Made by a program: the position numbers and the translations under genes. From Candidatus Latescibacterota bacterium (GTDB taxonomy: Bacteria > Latescibacterota > UBA2968), in NCBI GenBank assembly GCA_965208125.1, contig OZ242320.1, positions 2,336,001 through 2,400,000 of the forward strand: a DNA stretch of 64,000 nt, given 5' to 3'. The notes under the pieces are model-generated. The model was given only the letters and a program-made list of their open reading frames with translations. It was not told the DNA's origin and searched no databases. This document shows, piece by piece, positions 9,314 to 17,714 of the stretch. Positions within the stretch are counted from its first letter, which is position 1. Each line of letters opens with the position of its first letter.

Positions 9314-9432
9314 GTAATTATTCAGGTTTTTATGGTCGTGTAGGAGGGAAATCCTTTGAACTGGCCTGAGAGACGACCAGTTGTACCCCGCTCCCCGACA
9401 TGATCGCGGCAGGGATGCCGCTCCTACAACAT
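9314..9432. repeat. REP composite element related to 2540-2634, second half inverted
   Basis: 9314-9352 matches 2540-2578 directly; 9383-9432 is the reverse complement of 2581-2630. Confidence 0.8.
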
Positions 9433-9470
9433 TTTTTTATTGTCTAAATGTCTCAAGAGGAGATTGCCTT

Positions 9471-10328
9471 ATGGATGCGCGCGAGCGGTATTTCTGGGAT
9501 TTGACGGGATACCTTGTCGTGAAAGGCGTGTTGTCAAAGGAGGAGGTTGCGCGGGCGAATGATATCGTGGATCGCTATTGGGACCGGGTTCAGGTTGGCG
9601 GTTCAACGGCGAGGGATTCGGTTGCTTTTGCCGGTACGGGGCGCCCTATGATGCCCGGTATTCTGGAGTTTCCAAAACCGGATTGCGATCCTTTTCGGGA
9701 GATGCTGGCACATCCGGTGCTGGTGAAGTATCTCAATGTGATGTGCGATAAAGGGTTTCGGCTGGATCACGGTCCGATGTTTATTGTGAGTAATAAGGGT
9801 ACGGCAGGCCATACGATGCATGGAAATGGCGAGCCGCATCGGCCACATGTCGCTTATCACCATCAGAATGGCAAGCCGTGGGTGGGCGGTGTGACTGTGG
9901 CGTGGCAGTTGCACGATTGCAAGGAGGGTATGGGTGGATTTGCCTGTGTACCTTCCAGTCATAAGGCGATGTTTCCCACGCCAAAAGGCGTGCATACGGG
10001 AGACGACGATATGGGTTTGATCAAGCAGCCCGTGGTAGAGGCTGGCGATGTCATCTTTTTTATGGATAGCGCGCAGGCACACGGTGCAACACCGTGGAAG
10101 CTGGATACGACGCGGCGGTCCATTTTGTTCAAATACACAGCGCGCACCTGTGTCCGCAGCGGTCTTGCACGGGAGGTGTCGCCGCCAGAGATTTATTGGG
10201 ATAGAGAAATTGTCGAGGATATGACGCCCGAGCAGTTGTCGGTTATGTATGGTCCTTATTCCAATCACCAGGGCCGCGTGCCGTCTCTGGAGGTCGGTGA
10301 TGATGGGGTCGTGCGGATAGAGGCTTAG
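9471..10328 (+). CDS. PhyH-family Fe(II)/2OG enzyme (HGN variant)
   Basis: WDLTGYLVV, RLDHGP, TMHGNG, GGFACVPSSHK, AGDVIFF...HG. Confidence 0.85.
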   Translation: MDARERYFWDLTGYLVVKGVLSKEEVARANDIVDRYWDRVQVGGSTARDSVAFAGTGRPMMPGILEFPKPDCDPFREMLAHPVLVKYLNVMCDKGFRLDHGPMFIVSNKGTAGHTMHGNGEPHRPHVAYHHQNGKPWVGGVTVAWQLHDCKEGMGGFACVPSSHKAMFPTPKGVHTGDDDMGLIKQPVVEAGDVIFFMDSAQAHGATPWKLDTTRRSILFKYTARTCVRSGLAREVSPPEIYWDREIVEDMTPEQLSVMYGPYSNHQGRVPSLEVGDDGVVRIEA

Positions 10329-10352
10329 TATTAAGAATAGGAGCGTTTTACC

Positions 10353-11231
10353 ATGGGTAATAATCTTTATACAGTGAGCGAAGAGGAGAAGTACTTTTTT
10401 GATTTGCGCGGTTATCTGGTCGTGCGGGGTGCTCTGTCTGCGGATGAGGTCAAGATGTGTAATGATGCGATTGATCACTACGGGGATGAGATCAGGACGC
10501 GGTCTATTGAAGATGGCGGCCTGGCGCGGGGTTCGTCCGTGCTTACGGGTCAAGAGGGGCGGCGCGAGCTTACGGGGATGTTGGGCTGGCCCGAACCCTA
10601 TCGCGAGCCGTTTCGGAAGTTGCTGGTTCATCCGGTTGTGGTGAGTCGTTTGAATGAGTTTAGTGGCAAGGGTTTTCGCCTGGATCACGGGCCGCTGTTG
10701 ATTAGCGCGCACAAGGGTGCAGAGGGTCATACACTGCACGGCGGTGGTGAGCCGTTTAGCCAGTCGGTGTGGTATCACCAGCAGAATGGAAAGATTTTCT
10801 GTCGGGGTATTACCGTGGCGTGGCAATTGACGGATGTGAATGAGGGCGATGGTGGTTTTGCCTGTGTGCCGGGTAGCCATAAGACGGCTGAACCGACACC
10901 TGCTGAGGTGCGTTCTGTAGAGGACGATATGGGTCTGGTTTATCAACCTGTGATGAAGGCGGGTGATGTGCTCTTTTTTGCGGAGACGATGACGCATGGT
11001 ACGCTGCCGTGGTGCAGCGATGGGGAGCGGCGTTCTGTGCTTTACAAATACGCTTCTCGCGCAGCGGCTCGCGCTGTGGGTAAGTATTTTACGCCCGAGG
11101 ATCGCTATGGGGATTGGGTCAGTGAGTTGACACCAGAACAACAGGCTGTTTTGTACGGTCCCGGGGTCCACCACGGGGGCCAGCTGCCTCTGCTGGAGTC
11201 CGATGGCGAGACAACGCGGGTTGTGAAGTGA
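10353..11231 (+). CDS. PhyH-family Fe(II)/2OG enzyme (HGG variant)
   Basis: FDLRGYLVV, RLDHGP, TLHGGG, GGFACVPGSHK, AGDVLFF...THG. Confidence 0.85.
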   Translation: MGNNLYTVSEEEKYFFDLRGYLVVRGALSADEVKMCNDAIDHYGDEIRTRSIEDGGLARGSSVLTGQEGRRELTGMLGWPEPYREPFRKLLVHPVVVSRLNEFSGKGFRLDHGPLLISAHKGAEGHTLHGGGEPFSQSVWYHQQNGKIFCRGITVAWQLTDVNEGDGGFACVPGSHKTAEPTPAEVRSVEDDMGLVYQPVMKAGDVLFFAETMTHGTLPWCSDGERRSVLYKYASRAAARAVGKYFTPEDRYGDWVSELTPEQQAVLYGPGVHHGGQLPLLESDGETTRVVK

Positions 11232-11258
11232 GAAGTGAGAAGTGTGAAGGAGAAGGCT

Positions 11259-12158
11259 ATGAATGCCAAAGAGCGATACTACTGGGATGTGACGGGACAT
11301 CTGGTGGTGCGCGATGTTCTGTCGCAGGAAGAATTGGATGCGGTGAACAATGTGTTGGATTATGTTATTGGCACTGGTATTGTTCACCAAAGCGAGGATA
11401 ATCACGGGGCAGCAGATTCTACGTTTTTGCGGGGGACTGGTTCGCGCTGGGCACACGGTACCAGTTTGCTGGAGTTGCCCCGGCCGTATTGCGATCCCGT
11501 TCGCAATTTGCTGGCTCATCCGGTTGTTGTGAAGTATTTGAATGTGATGTGTGGGAAGGGTTTCAGGCTGGATCACGGTCCCCAGTTTAATAATGCGGTG
11601 AAGGGTACGGCGGGTCTGGTCATGCACGGCGCGGGGGAGCCGCATCGAGAATATGTGGCCTATCACCACCAGAGTGGCGAGATGTATTGCGGTGGGGTTA
11701 CTGTGACGTGGAATTTGACGGATTGTCCAGAGGGCAAAGGGGGATTTGCCGCGGTGCCCGGGTCACATAAGTCGAAGTTTCGGATGCCGATTGGGGTTCG
11801 CAATTGTGATGAGGATATGGGGGCGGTTGCCAATCCGGGGATTCGAGCTGGCGATGTGCTGTTTTTTATGGATGGGGCGCAATCCCACGGGACGCATCCG
11901 TGGCAAAATGATCACGACCGCAGGTCTATTCTTTTTAAGTACGCTTCCCGCACGGCTACGCGACAGGGTCCGTCGAATTCGGTTTGTCATCCCGAGATAT
12001 TTTGGGATGGCGAGATTGTTGATGGGATGACAATGGAGGAACGCGCGGTGATGTACGGCCCGTGTTCTGCACCGCCAAACGATGAAATGTTTCTGGTGGT
12101 TGAAGAGGACGGTGCGATTCGGCTGGAGAATACGCGAGAGCAACAGGCTGCGGATTAG
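11259..12158 (+). CDS. PhyH-family Fe(II)/2OG enzyme (HGA variant)
   Basis: WDVTGHLVV, RLDHGP, VMHGAG, GGFAAVPGSHK, AGDVLFF...SHG. Confidence 0.85.
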   Translation: MNAKERYYWDVTGHLVVRDVLSQEELDAVNNVLDYVIGTGIVHQSEDNHGAADSTFLRGTGSRWAHGTSLLELPRPYCDPVRNLLAHPVVVKYLNVMCGKGFRLDHGPQFNNAVKGTAGLVMHGAGEPHREYVAYHHQSGEMYCGGVTVTWNLTDCPEGKGGFAAVPGSHKSKFRMPIGVRNCDEDMGAVANPGIRAGDVLFFMDGAQSHGTHPWQNDHDRRSILFKYASRTATRQGPSNSVCHPEIFWDGEIVDGMTMEERAVMYGPCSAPPNDEMFLVVEEDGAIRLENTREQQAAD

Positions 12159-12181
12159 GGAAGGATGAAGTGTGAATAATC

Positions 12182-12213
12182 GTAGGGGCAATCCTCGTGG
12201 TTGCCCCTTTTTT
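12182..12213 (+). repeat. GTAG-type REP that may double as terminator
   Basis: GTAGGGGCAATCCTCGTGGTTGCCCC followed by a T run, between convergent genes. Confidence 0.75.
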
Positions 12214-13751
12214 TATGCCGCATATTGATTGGCGAAGATGATAAAGTCGGTAAAGTTGATGTGTCCATCTCCGTTGAGGTCAAAGTGACGCTGATAGCTG
12301 GTGTCGCTTCGGCTCAGGCCAAAGTTCTGGACAAATAGGAGGAAGTCGGCAAAGTCCTTTTGTCCATTGCCGTTGAAGTCTATGCTTATTGCGCCGCCCC
12401 TGCCAACGGTGAGGGCGATGTTTTCGTCGCCTGGTCGGTAGGGTATGTATTCCATGACCGCCAGGAGCATTTCATCGGTGGTTTTATCGCCCCATGTCAA
12501 TTGGCGGGGGGGATAGTTGGGGTTGAGTGGGTTGTTTGTGGTGTTGTCGTAGGTGGTGATGGCGTGGATTTGGGATCCTGCGGCTATTTTTTGATATTGG
12601 GTGAAGGTGTAGTTGCCCTGCCAGTTAAAATCCCAGTCTTCAATACGGATGAGGTTGGTGCGGTTGCCCTGTGGATCCGTGGCATAGATTTCCCAGGATT
12701 TGCCCAGCAGGTGCATGTGAGGATAGATGGACAGGAGGCTGATATCCCGATTGATGAAGAGTGTCGTGTGAAATGTTTTGATCTGGTCTTTCGGGATGAT
12801 AAAGATATCGTCAATTTTGATGTTTTCTACGGGGGTGCCGCCGTGTCGCTCTTCTCCGAGCAGGACCCTGAATATTCTGCTCAGTGTTTTACCGTCCGTG
12901 GTGAGCGGTGCAAAGCTGATAAAACCCACTTCTCTTTCGATGGGTTCTTTTTTGAAGAATATGTTGATGCTGGATTGATCGGATTCTGCAATCGGCCAGG
13001 GTGCGTAGTGTACCTGGATCAGCAAGTCGGAGTTTTTGGGCAGTATGTGTCCAACGCCTTTGGGATATATCGGGGGTTTTGCGCCGGGTGTATATCCGGG
13101 CAGGACGACGGCGGTTGGCGCGCCGAATGCACCAAAGGATTCGTAACCGTATTCCGGGGTTTCGAGGTCTCTTTGGCGGGCAGTGCCCGTGATGTCGGCG
13201 CCGATGAGGGCGTGGTGAACGATTCTGCTGTTGCCAGGGCGAAATTCAACGGCTTCGACTTCCCGGTCTTCTGTGAGATGGGTTGGGATGACGAAGACCT
13301 GGTACTGGTCCTCGTTGTCGCCGCGGATGGTAAAGGGTTCTGCCATGGTGAGTACGAGGTCGGGGGTGCCGAGTACAGAGCCTGTTGGAAATTCCGGCAT
13401 GGGGGCTTCAAGGGCGATGTCGCCCTGGGGGAAGCCGGCGTTGACCCAGTTTGCGATGGTGTTGATTTCTGTTTTGGTGAGTGTTCGTGCGCCGATGTGC
13501 TGGCTGTAGTTGTAATCGGGTTTCCACGGGGGCATGTACTGGGTTTCTGTGACGTGTTTGATCATGTCTGCATAAGCCGCGATTTCGCTGTAATTTGTGA
13601 GGGGCATAGGCCCTATTTCACCGTCTCGATGGCACGATGTGCAGTTGTTGTATATGATGGACGAGACGTGTTTGCTAAAGGTGGGGGCTTCCGCGCGTGG
13701 CGAAGTAACGGCGAGGAGGATCGCGAGTATGGAGAGGGCAAGTGGTCGCAT
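12213..13751 (-). CDS. Secreted cytochrome c-type II copper monooxygenase-like protein with C-terminal dockerin/EF-hand
   Basis: Signal peptide; CTSCH haem motif; PHM/DBH-like IVHH, QVHY, PHMH, DEM ligands; DFNGNGQKDFADF/DLNGDGHINFTDF. Confidence 0.8.
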   Translation of the reverse strand: MRPLALSILAILLAVTSPRAEAPTFSKHVSSIIYNNCTSCHRDGEIGPMPLTNYSEIAAYADMIKHVTETQYMPPWKPDYNYSQHIGARTLTKTEINTIANWVNAGFPQGDIALEAPMPEFPTGSVLGTPDLVLTMAEPFTIRGDNEDQYQVFVIPTHLTEDREVEAVEFRPGNSRIVHHALIGADITGTARQRDLETPEYGYESFGAFGAPTAVVLPGYTPGAKPPIYPKGVGHILPKNSDLLIQVHYAPWPIAESDQSSINIFFKKEPIEREVGFISFAPLTTDGKTLSRIFRVLLGEERHGGTPVENIKIDDIFIIPKDQIKTFHTTLFINRDISLLSIYPHMHLLGKSWEIYATDPQGNRTNLIRIEDWDFNWQGNYTFTQYQKIAAGSQIHAITTYDNTTNNPLNPNYPPRQLTWGDKTTDEMLLAVMEYIPYRPGDENIALTVGRGGAISIDFNGNGQKDFADFLLFVQNFGLSRSDTSYQRHFDLNGDGHINFTDFIIFANQYAA

Positions 13752-13755
13752 GGCT

Positions 13756-14286
13756 TTATTCCTTTGTATTTTGCCATGAGGTTATGATGCAGCCAATGGC
13801 CTGAGTCTGGCGAAATGCCGGGTTTTTTTCGTTCTTCAGGGCTTTCAGTACATCTGCGAGGTCGTGGGCGGTGATGACGCGGCGTCTTTTGCCCAAATCC
13901 GCAAAGGTGTTGTCAATGCGACCCCGATAGATGGCGGTGTGCGATGTGTCGGTGACGACGACTTCTGGCGTGATTGTTGCTCCTAAACGGTTCACCCATG
14001 TGTGGGAGGAATCCCCGATGCAGGTAAATGGCAGGGCATATTTTTCTTTGAACGCGGCAATTTTGGCTGGTGTGGAGAGCCGATTGGGGAATACGCCGAT
14101 GAATTCGAGTTGTTCAGAGGCGTATTCTGCGTGCAATTCTTTGAGCGTTAAGGTGTAATGCCGCGAGACCGGACAGGTTTCTCCCATAAAGATATATATT
14201 TTATACGATGCACACAACCCCGTTCCGGATGAGAGAAGGAGGGCGATGGCGATCCAGAGGGTTTTGGTTGTCATCTTATACATCAA
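13756..14286 (-). CDS. Exported redoxin (AhpC/TSA-like)
   Basis: Signal peptide, TCPVS, LGATITPEVVV, YRGRIDN, AIGC. Confidence 0.8.
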   Translation of the reverse strand: MMYKMTTKTLWIAIALLLSSGTGLCASYKIYIFMGETCPVSRHYTLTLKELHAEYASEQLEFIGVFPNRLSTPAKIAAFKEKYALPFTCIGDSSHTWVNRLGATITPEVVVTDTSHTAIYRGRIDNTFADLGKRRRVITAHDLADVLKALKNEKNPAFRQTQAIGCIITSWQNTKE

Positions 14287-14302
14287 TCAATCCTGTCATG
14301 TT

Positions 14303-14328
14303 GTAGGGGACGGCCCCCGTGCCGTCCC
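14303..14328 (+). repeat. GTAG-type REP
   Basis: GTAGGGGACGGCCCCCGTGCCGTCCC; near-identical copies at 17573 and 44211. Confidence 0.8.
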
Positions 14329-14356
14329 GTCCGCGATCCAGTGGTTTTGGTTGTTA

Positions 14357-15595
14357 TTAGTCCAGTAATTTGCCACCGCCAAACATGGTGGCGATGTCGC
14401 GCTGGATGTCAGCGGGCGTGAGGGGCCAGCCCGCGGCGCAAAGCGATTCGTATTTGTCGATGAAGACGGGGGCGATGACGCCGATGGAGTGGGTCCATTT
14501 GTAGAGGAGCTGATCCAGGATGCGGGCGTCGGAGTGCTGGGGTACAAAGCTGGTGCCGAGGAGTTCGAGGCGTTCGGCTGTGATTTCCCGGATGATGCTG
14601 GGGTTGTTTAAGAACCACCAGCAGCCAAAGGGGTGTACGTTGGGAAATTTTCGGCCCGTGACGCAGAGTTCGTGCTGGTTTTCGCGCGAGAGGAGGGTGA
14701 TGAGGAAGTTGACGTCGGGCCAGTCGCGTGCGATGCGTTCGAGGTTGGCGATGTCCCATTTGCCCAGGCTGTCGCCGCCGTCTTTGAGGATTGGGTTGAC
14801 CTGTCGGGTGACGCCGATCATCATTGCCGAGGGGATCTGTAGTTCATGGGCTGTGGGATATACGACGTTGCCCATGAGTTGTGAGATGCTGTCTTCAGAG
14901 GGGTAGGCGAAGTCCGGGGGGAGCGATATGGCCATGTATCGGGCGTCCATTTTTTGGACCCAGTCGGCGAGGTAGCGCCGCAGTTCCGCAAAGGTTTTGT
15001 CGGATAGGCTTTCTTCTACGTCGTATCCCAGGGCGCGGAGTTTGTCGGCAGGCGCGGGCCAGTTCATGAGCGCGCTGTCCAGGCGCAGGACTGCTCTGAA
15101 GCGCGAGTCGATGTCGATGCCCTGTTGCCACATGGGTCCTTCGGTGTCGTCGAGGGGGTCGTTGGTCATATAGACACAGGCGACGCCGGCGTTTTCAAAG
15201 ACCATGTCGGTGTATTCTTCGGGTGTTTTAGCGTTGTGGAATGCGCGAAATTCGGACAGGTTTTCTGCACGGGGATTGAGTCCCAGGCGATTCATGACGG
15301 TGACGACGCCCAGTTGCGCTTCGGATATTGGCGAGCTGTTGCCGACGAAGAGTTGTTGCCAGATGATGTCGGCCTGTTCGGCGGCGGGCATGTTGTTGAA
15401 TGTGTCAACTGCGATGCCTTCGGGCAACATGCGCGAGCATTCGGCTTTGAGGTAGTGATAGGTGAGGAGTTCGTCGGGTCCCGCCAGGTAGAGTTCGCCC
15501 ATTGAGGCGGGGTAGAGGTGGGTGTGTATATCGACGATGGCGTGGTTTTGAAATGCGTTGTGTACGGCTTCTGCGATTGAAAAATCGGACATCAT
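14357..15595 (-). CDS. uxaC: Glucuronate (uronate) isomerase, BH0493-like amidohydrolase
   Basis: DIHTHL, DELLTYHYL, MTNDP, FGCWWFLNNP, PQHSDARILDQLLYKW. Confidence 0.85.
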   Translation of the reverse strand: MMSDFSIAEAVHNAFQNHAIVDIHTHLYPASMGELYLAGPDELLTYHYLKAECSRMLPEGIAVDTFNNMPAAEQADIIWQQLFVGNSSPISEAQLGVVTVMNRLGLNPRAENLSEFRAFHNAKTPEEYTDMVFENAGVACVYMTNDPLDDTEGPMWQQGIDIDSRFRAVLRLDSALMNWPAPADKLRALGYDVEESLSDKTFAELRRYLADWVQKMDARYMAISLPPDFAYPSEDSISQLMGNVVYPTAHELQIPSAMMIGVTRQVNPILKDGGDSLGKWDIANLERIARDWPDVNFLITLLSRENQHELCVTGRKFPNVHPFGCWWFLNNPSIIREITAERLELLGTSFVPQHSDARILDQLLYKWTHSIGVIAPVFIDKYESLCAAGWPLTPADIQRDIATMFGGGKLLD

Positions 15596-15605
15596 AGTTC
15601 TCCCT

Positions 15606-16448
15606 CTATATTTTTAAATAAAAGCCTTCGACCAGTTCTAAAAATTCGCGCCAGCTTTTGATTTCGACATGGGGGTCGGGTCCATCGAGTGGGGCGTCCA
15701 GACGGTTGTACCATACGGCACCCATGCCGGCGTTGTGCGCGGCTGCGATGTCGTATTGCGGCGAGTTGCCCACATACCAGATGTCGGCGGGTTTGAATCC
15801 GAGTTTGGCGGCGGCGGTTTCCAACAGGAGGGGATGGGGCTTGCGTACCCAGTAGTCGGCGCTGGACATGAGAAAGCGGAAGTAGTCTGCGAGTCCCTGT
15901 TGTTCGACTTCCCACATCAATGTGTGGCCACAAAATGCGGCGTTGCTGACGATGCCCATTGGTATGTTTTTGTTTTGCAATATTTCGAGGACGTATTCTA
16001 TGCCCGGTTCGGGCTGCCAGGATGTTGCCGCACGCCAGAATACGCGTTCGACTTCTTCAGGGGTGCGGTCAAAGGTGATGTGCAGGGCTTCATAGACGTG
16101 GCGCTGGATGATGTGGGGATGAAATTCTACCTGTGCTTTTTCCCTGCGGGGTATGAGGTCGCGGTTGAGTTTTTTTATGTGGTTGTCAATGTCTTCGACT
16201 GTGTAACCCAATGGGTTGTCGGCGATGTTAAGTGTGGCCGCATGCCCGGCTTCTGGATCGAATTTGAGGTATGTCAAGAGGGTGTCGCCCAGGTCAAATA
16301 ATAGGCCGAGCGGTTTCCGCAGGGTGAGCCGTTCTTCGAGCAGAGGCTGTGGTTCTTCTTCCTCGATGAGCGGTTCTTCTTCGGTTTCTTCACCGCGTAC
16401 GGTTTCAGGTGTGCGTTCACGCATGTTTTTTGGGTTTTGTCGTTCCAT
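15606..16448 (-). CDS. HAD-family hydrolase
   Basis: FDLGDTLL, IVSN, RKPHP, YVGNSPQYDIAAA; start codon uncertain. Confidence 0.85.
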   Translation of the reverse strand: MERQNPKNMRERTPETVRGEETEEEPLIEEEEPQPLLEERLTLRKPLGLLFDLGDTLLTYLKFDPEAGHAATLNIADNPLGYTVEDIDNHIKKLNRDLIPRREKAQVEFHPHIIQRHVYEALHITFDRTPEEVERVFWRAATSWQPEPGIEYVLEILQNKNIPMGIVSNAAFCGHTLMWEVEQQGLADYFRFLMSSADYWVRKPHPLLLETAAAKLGFKPADIWYVGNSPQYDIAAAHNAGMGAVWYNRLDAPLDGPDPHVEIKSWREFLELVEGFYLKI

Positions 16449-16532
16449 GTTTGTCTGTCCATTTTCACTGTGTTTCCAAATTATATAGTTTGAAGGGAAA
16501 TGAGGCAAGAGAATTGAGAATGTTGCGTTGTG

Positions 16533-16617
16533 GTAGGGGCGAGGCATGCCTCGCCCGTCATCGCGGCATGTTTGAAGCCGCGACCCAGAATGTAGGGGCG
16601 ACCCCCTGTGGTCGCCC
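16533..16617 (+). repeat. Two GTAG-type REPs
   Basis: GTAGGGGCGAGGCATGCCTCGCCC (16533) and GTAGGGGCGACCCCCTGTGGTCGCCC (16592). Confidence 0.8.
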
Positions 16618-16703
16618 GCCAAAAATGCTATGGCTTTTAAGCGCCTAACAGTTTATCATAATCTTGCGATTTGATATAGCTACTTTTGACAAGGAGCGTG
16701 ACG

Positions 16704-17534
16704 ATGATTCCAGATCTCGATGTTTATTTGTTTGATTTGCGCGGGTACCTGCATTTGGAGGGGGCGTTGACAACGGATGAGGTTCAGGCGTTGAACGATT
16801 GTTTGGATGAGATTCCCGCGCTGAAGCCGGGGGAGTGGTACGGGTATGTTCAAGGACATGCGTATGGCGATGTGACGTCGGGGATCAATTATCAGCAGAT
16901 TTACGAGGCGGGCGAGCCGTTTGAGGATCTGATTGATCATCCGTCGTGGTTTGAGCATGTGAAGCTTTTTATCGGTGCGGAGGGGTCGTTTGATCACCAT
17001 CACGGGCCTATGTTTATCGATGAGTGTTTGGCCAATTTCCGCGAGCCGGGCGAGGCGATTGGGTTGCATTCGGGTGGGTTTCCGCCGATTACGAGGAATC
17101 AGTTCCGGTATCACGGGGGGCGGTTTATGTGCGGGCAGGTGAATGTGCTGATGGCGCTGACGGATATCGGTCCGGGCGATGGGGGGACGATGTTGATTCC
17201 GGGGAGTCACAAGGCGAATTTCAGGCATCCGTTTTACGATAAGCAGAGGATGGGAGAGGACAGGTCTGTGGATGGGACGGTGGGCGCGATTGAGGTGTTT
17301 ATGAAGGCGGGCGATGCGCTGGTTTTTGTGGATGGGATTTCACACGGGTCGGCGAAGCGGATGAATGCGGGGACGCGGCGCATTGTGGTGTATCGCTACG
17401 GGCCTTCGTGGGGGAATTTCCGGCACGGGTACCAGCCGTCACCCGAGTTGCTGGAACGCCTCACACCCCAACGCCGCCGTATTGTTCAACCACAAGTGCT
17501 GCTCCCAAGAGAACCGCAGGTGAAAAGAGAATAA
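16704..17534 (+). CDS. PhyH-family Fe(II)/2OG enzyme (HSG variant)
   Basis: FDLRGYL, GLHSGG, LTDIGPGDGGTMLIPGSHK, AGDALVF...SHG. Confidence 0.85.
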   Translation: MIPDLDVYLFDLRGYLHLEGALTTDEVQALNDCLDEIPALKPGEWYGYVQGHAYGDVTSGINYQQIYEAGEPFEDLIDHPSWFEHVKLFIGAEGSFDHHHGPMFIDECLANFREPGEAIGLHSGGFPPITRNQFRYHGGRFMCGQVNVLMALTDIGPGDGGTMLIPGSHKANFRHPFYDKQRMGEDRSVDGTVGAIEVFMKAGDALVFVDGISHGSAKRMNAGTRRIVVYRYGPSWGNFRHGYQPSPELLERLTPQRRRIVQPQVLLPREPQVKRE

Positions 17535-17572
17535 GGCTAAGCCCTGAGCGTAAAGAACGGTTTTGTACCCCG

Positions 17573-17598
17573 GTAGGGGACGGCCCCTGTGCCGTCCC
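17573..17598 (+). repeat. GTAG-type REP
   Basis: GTAGGGGACGGCCCCTGTGCCGTCCC. Confidence 0.8.
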
Positions 17599-17714
17599 GT
17601 CATTGCGGCATGATGTTAGCCGCAATCCAGTGATTTTTGATCGCCCGCGCAGCTAACCGAAGGTGAAAAGGAATAAAGGATGACGAAAACGAATGCCAAT
17701 TTTGGAGGTGCCCA

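Noticed and set aside
9603-11669. 688-aa minus-strand ORF
   Set aside because: Antisense shadow of three well-supported PhyH genes; no motifs; explained by codon bias.
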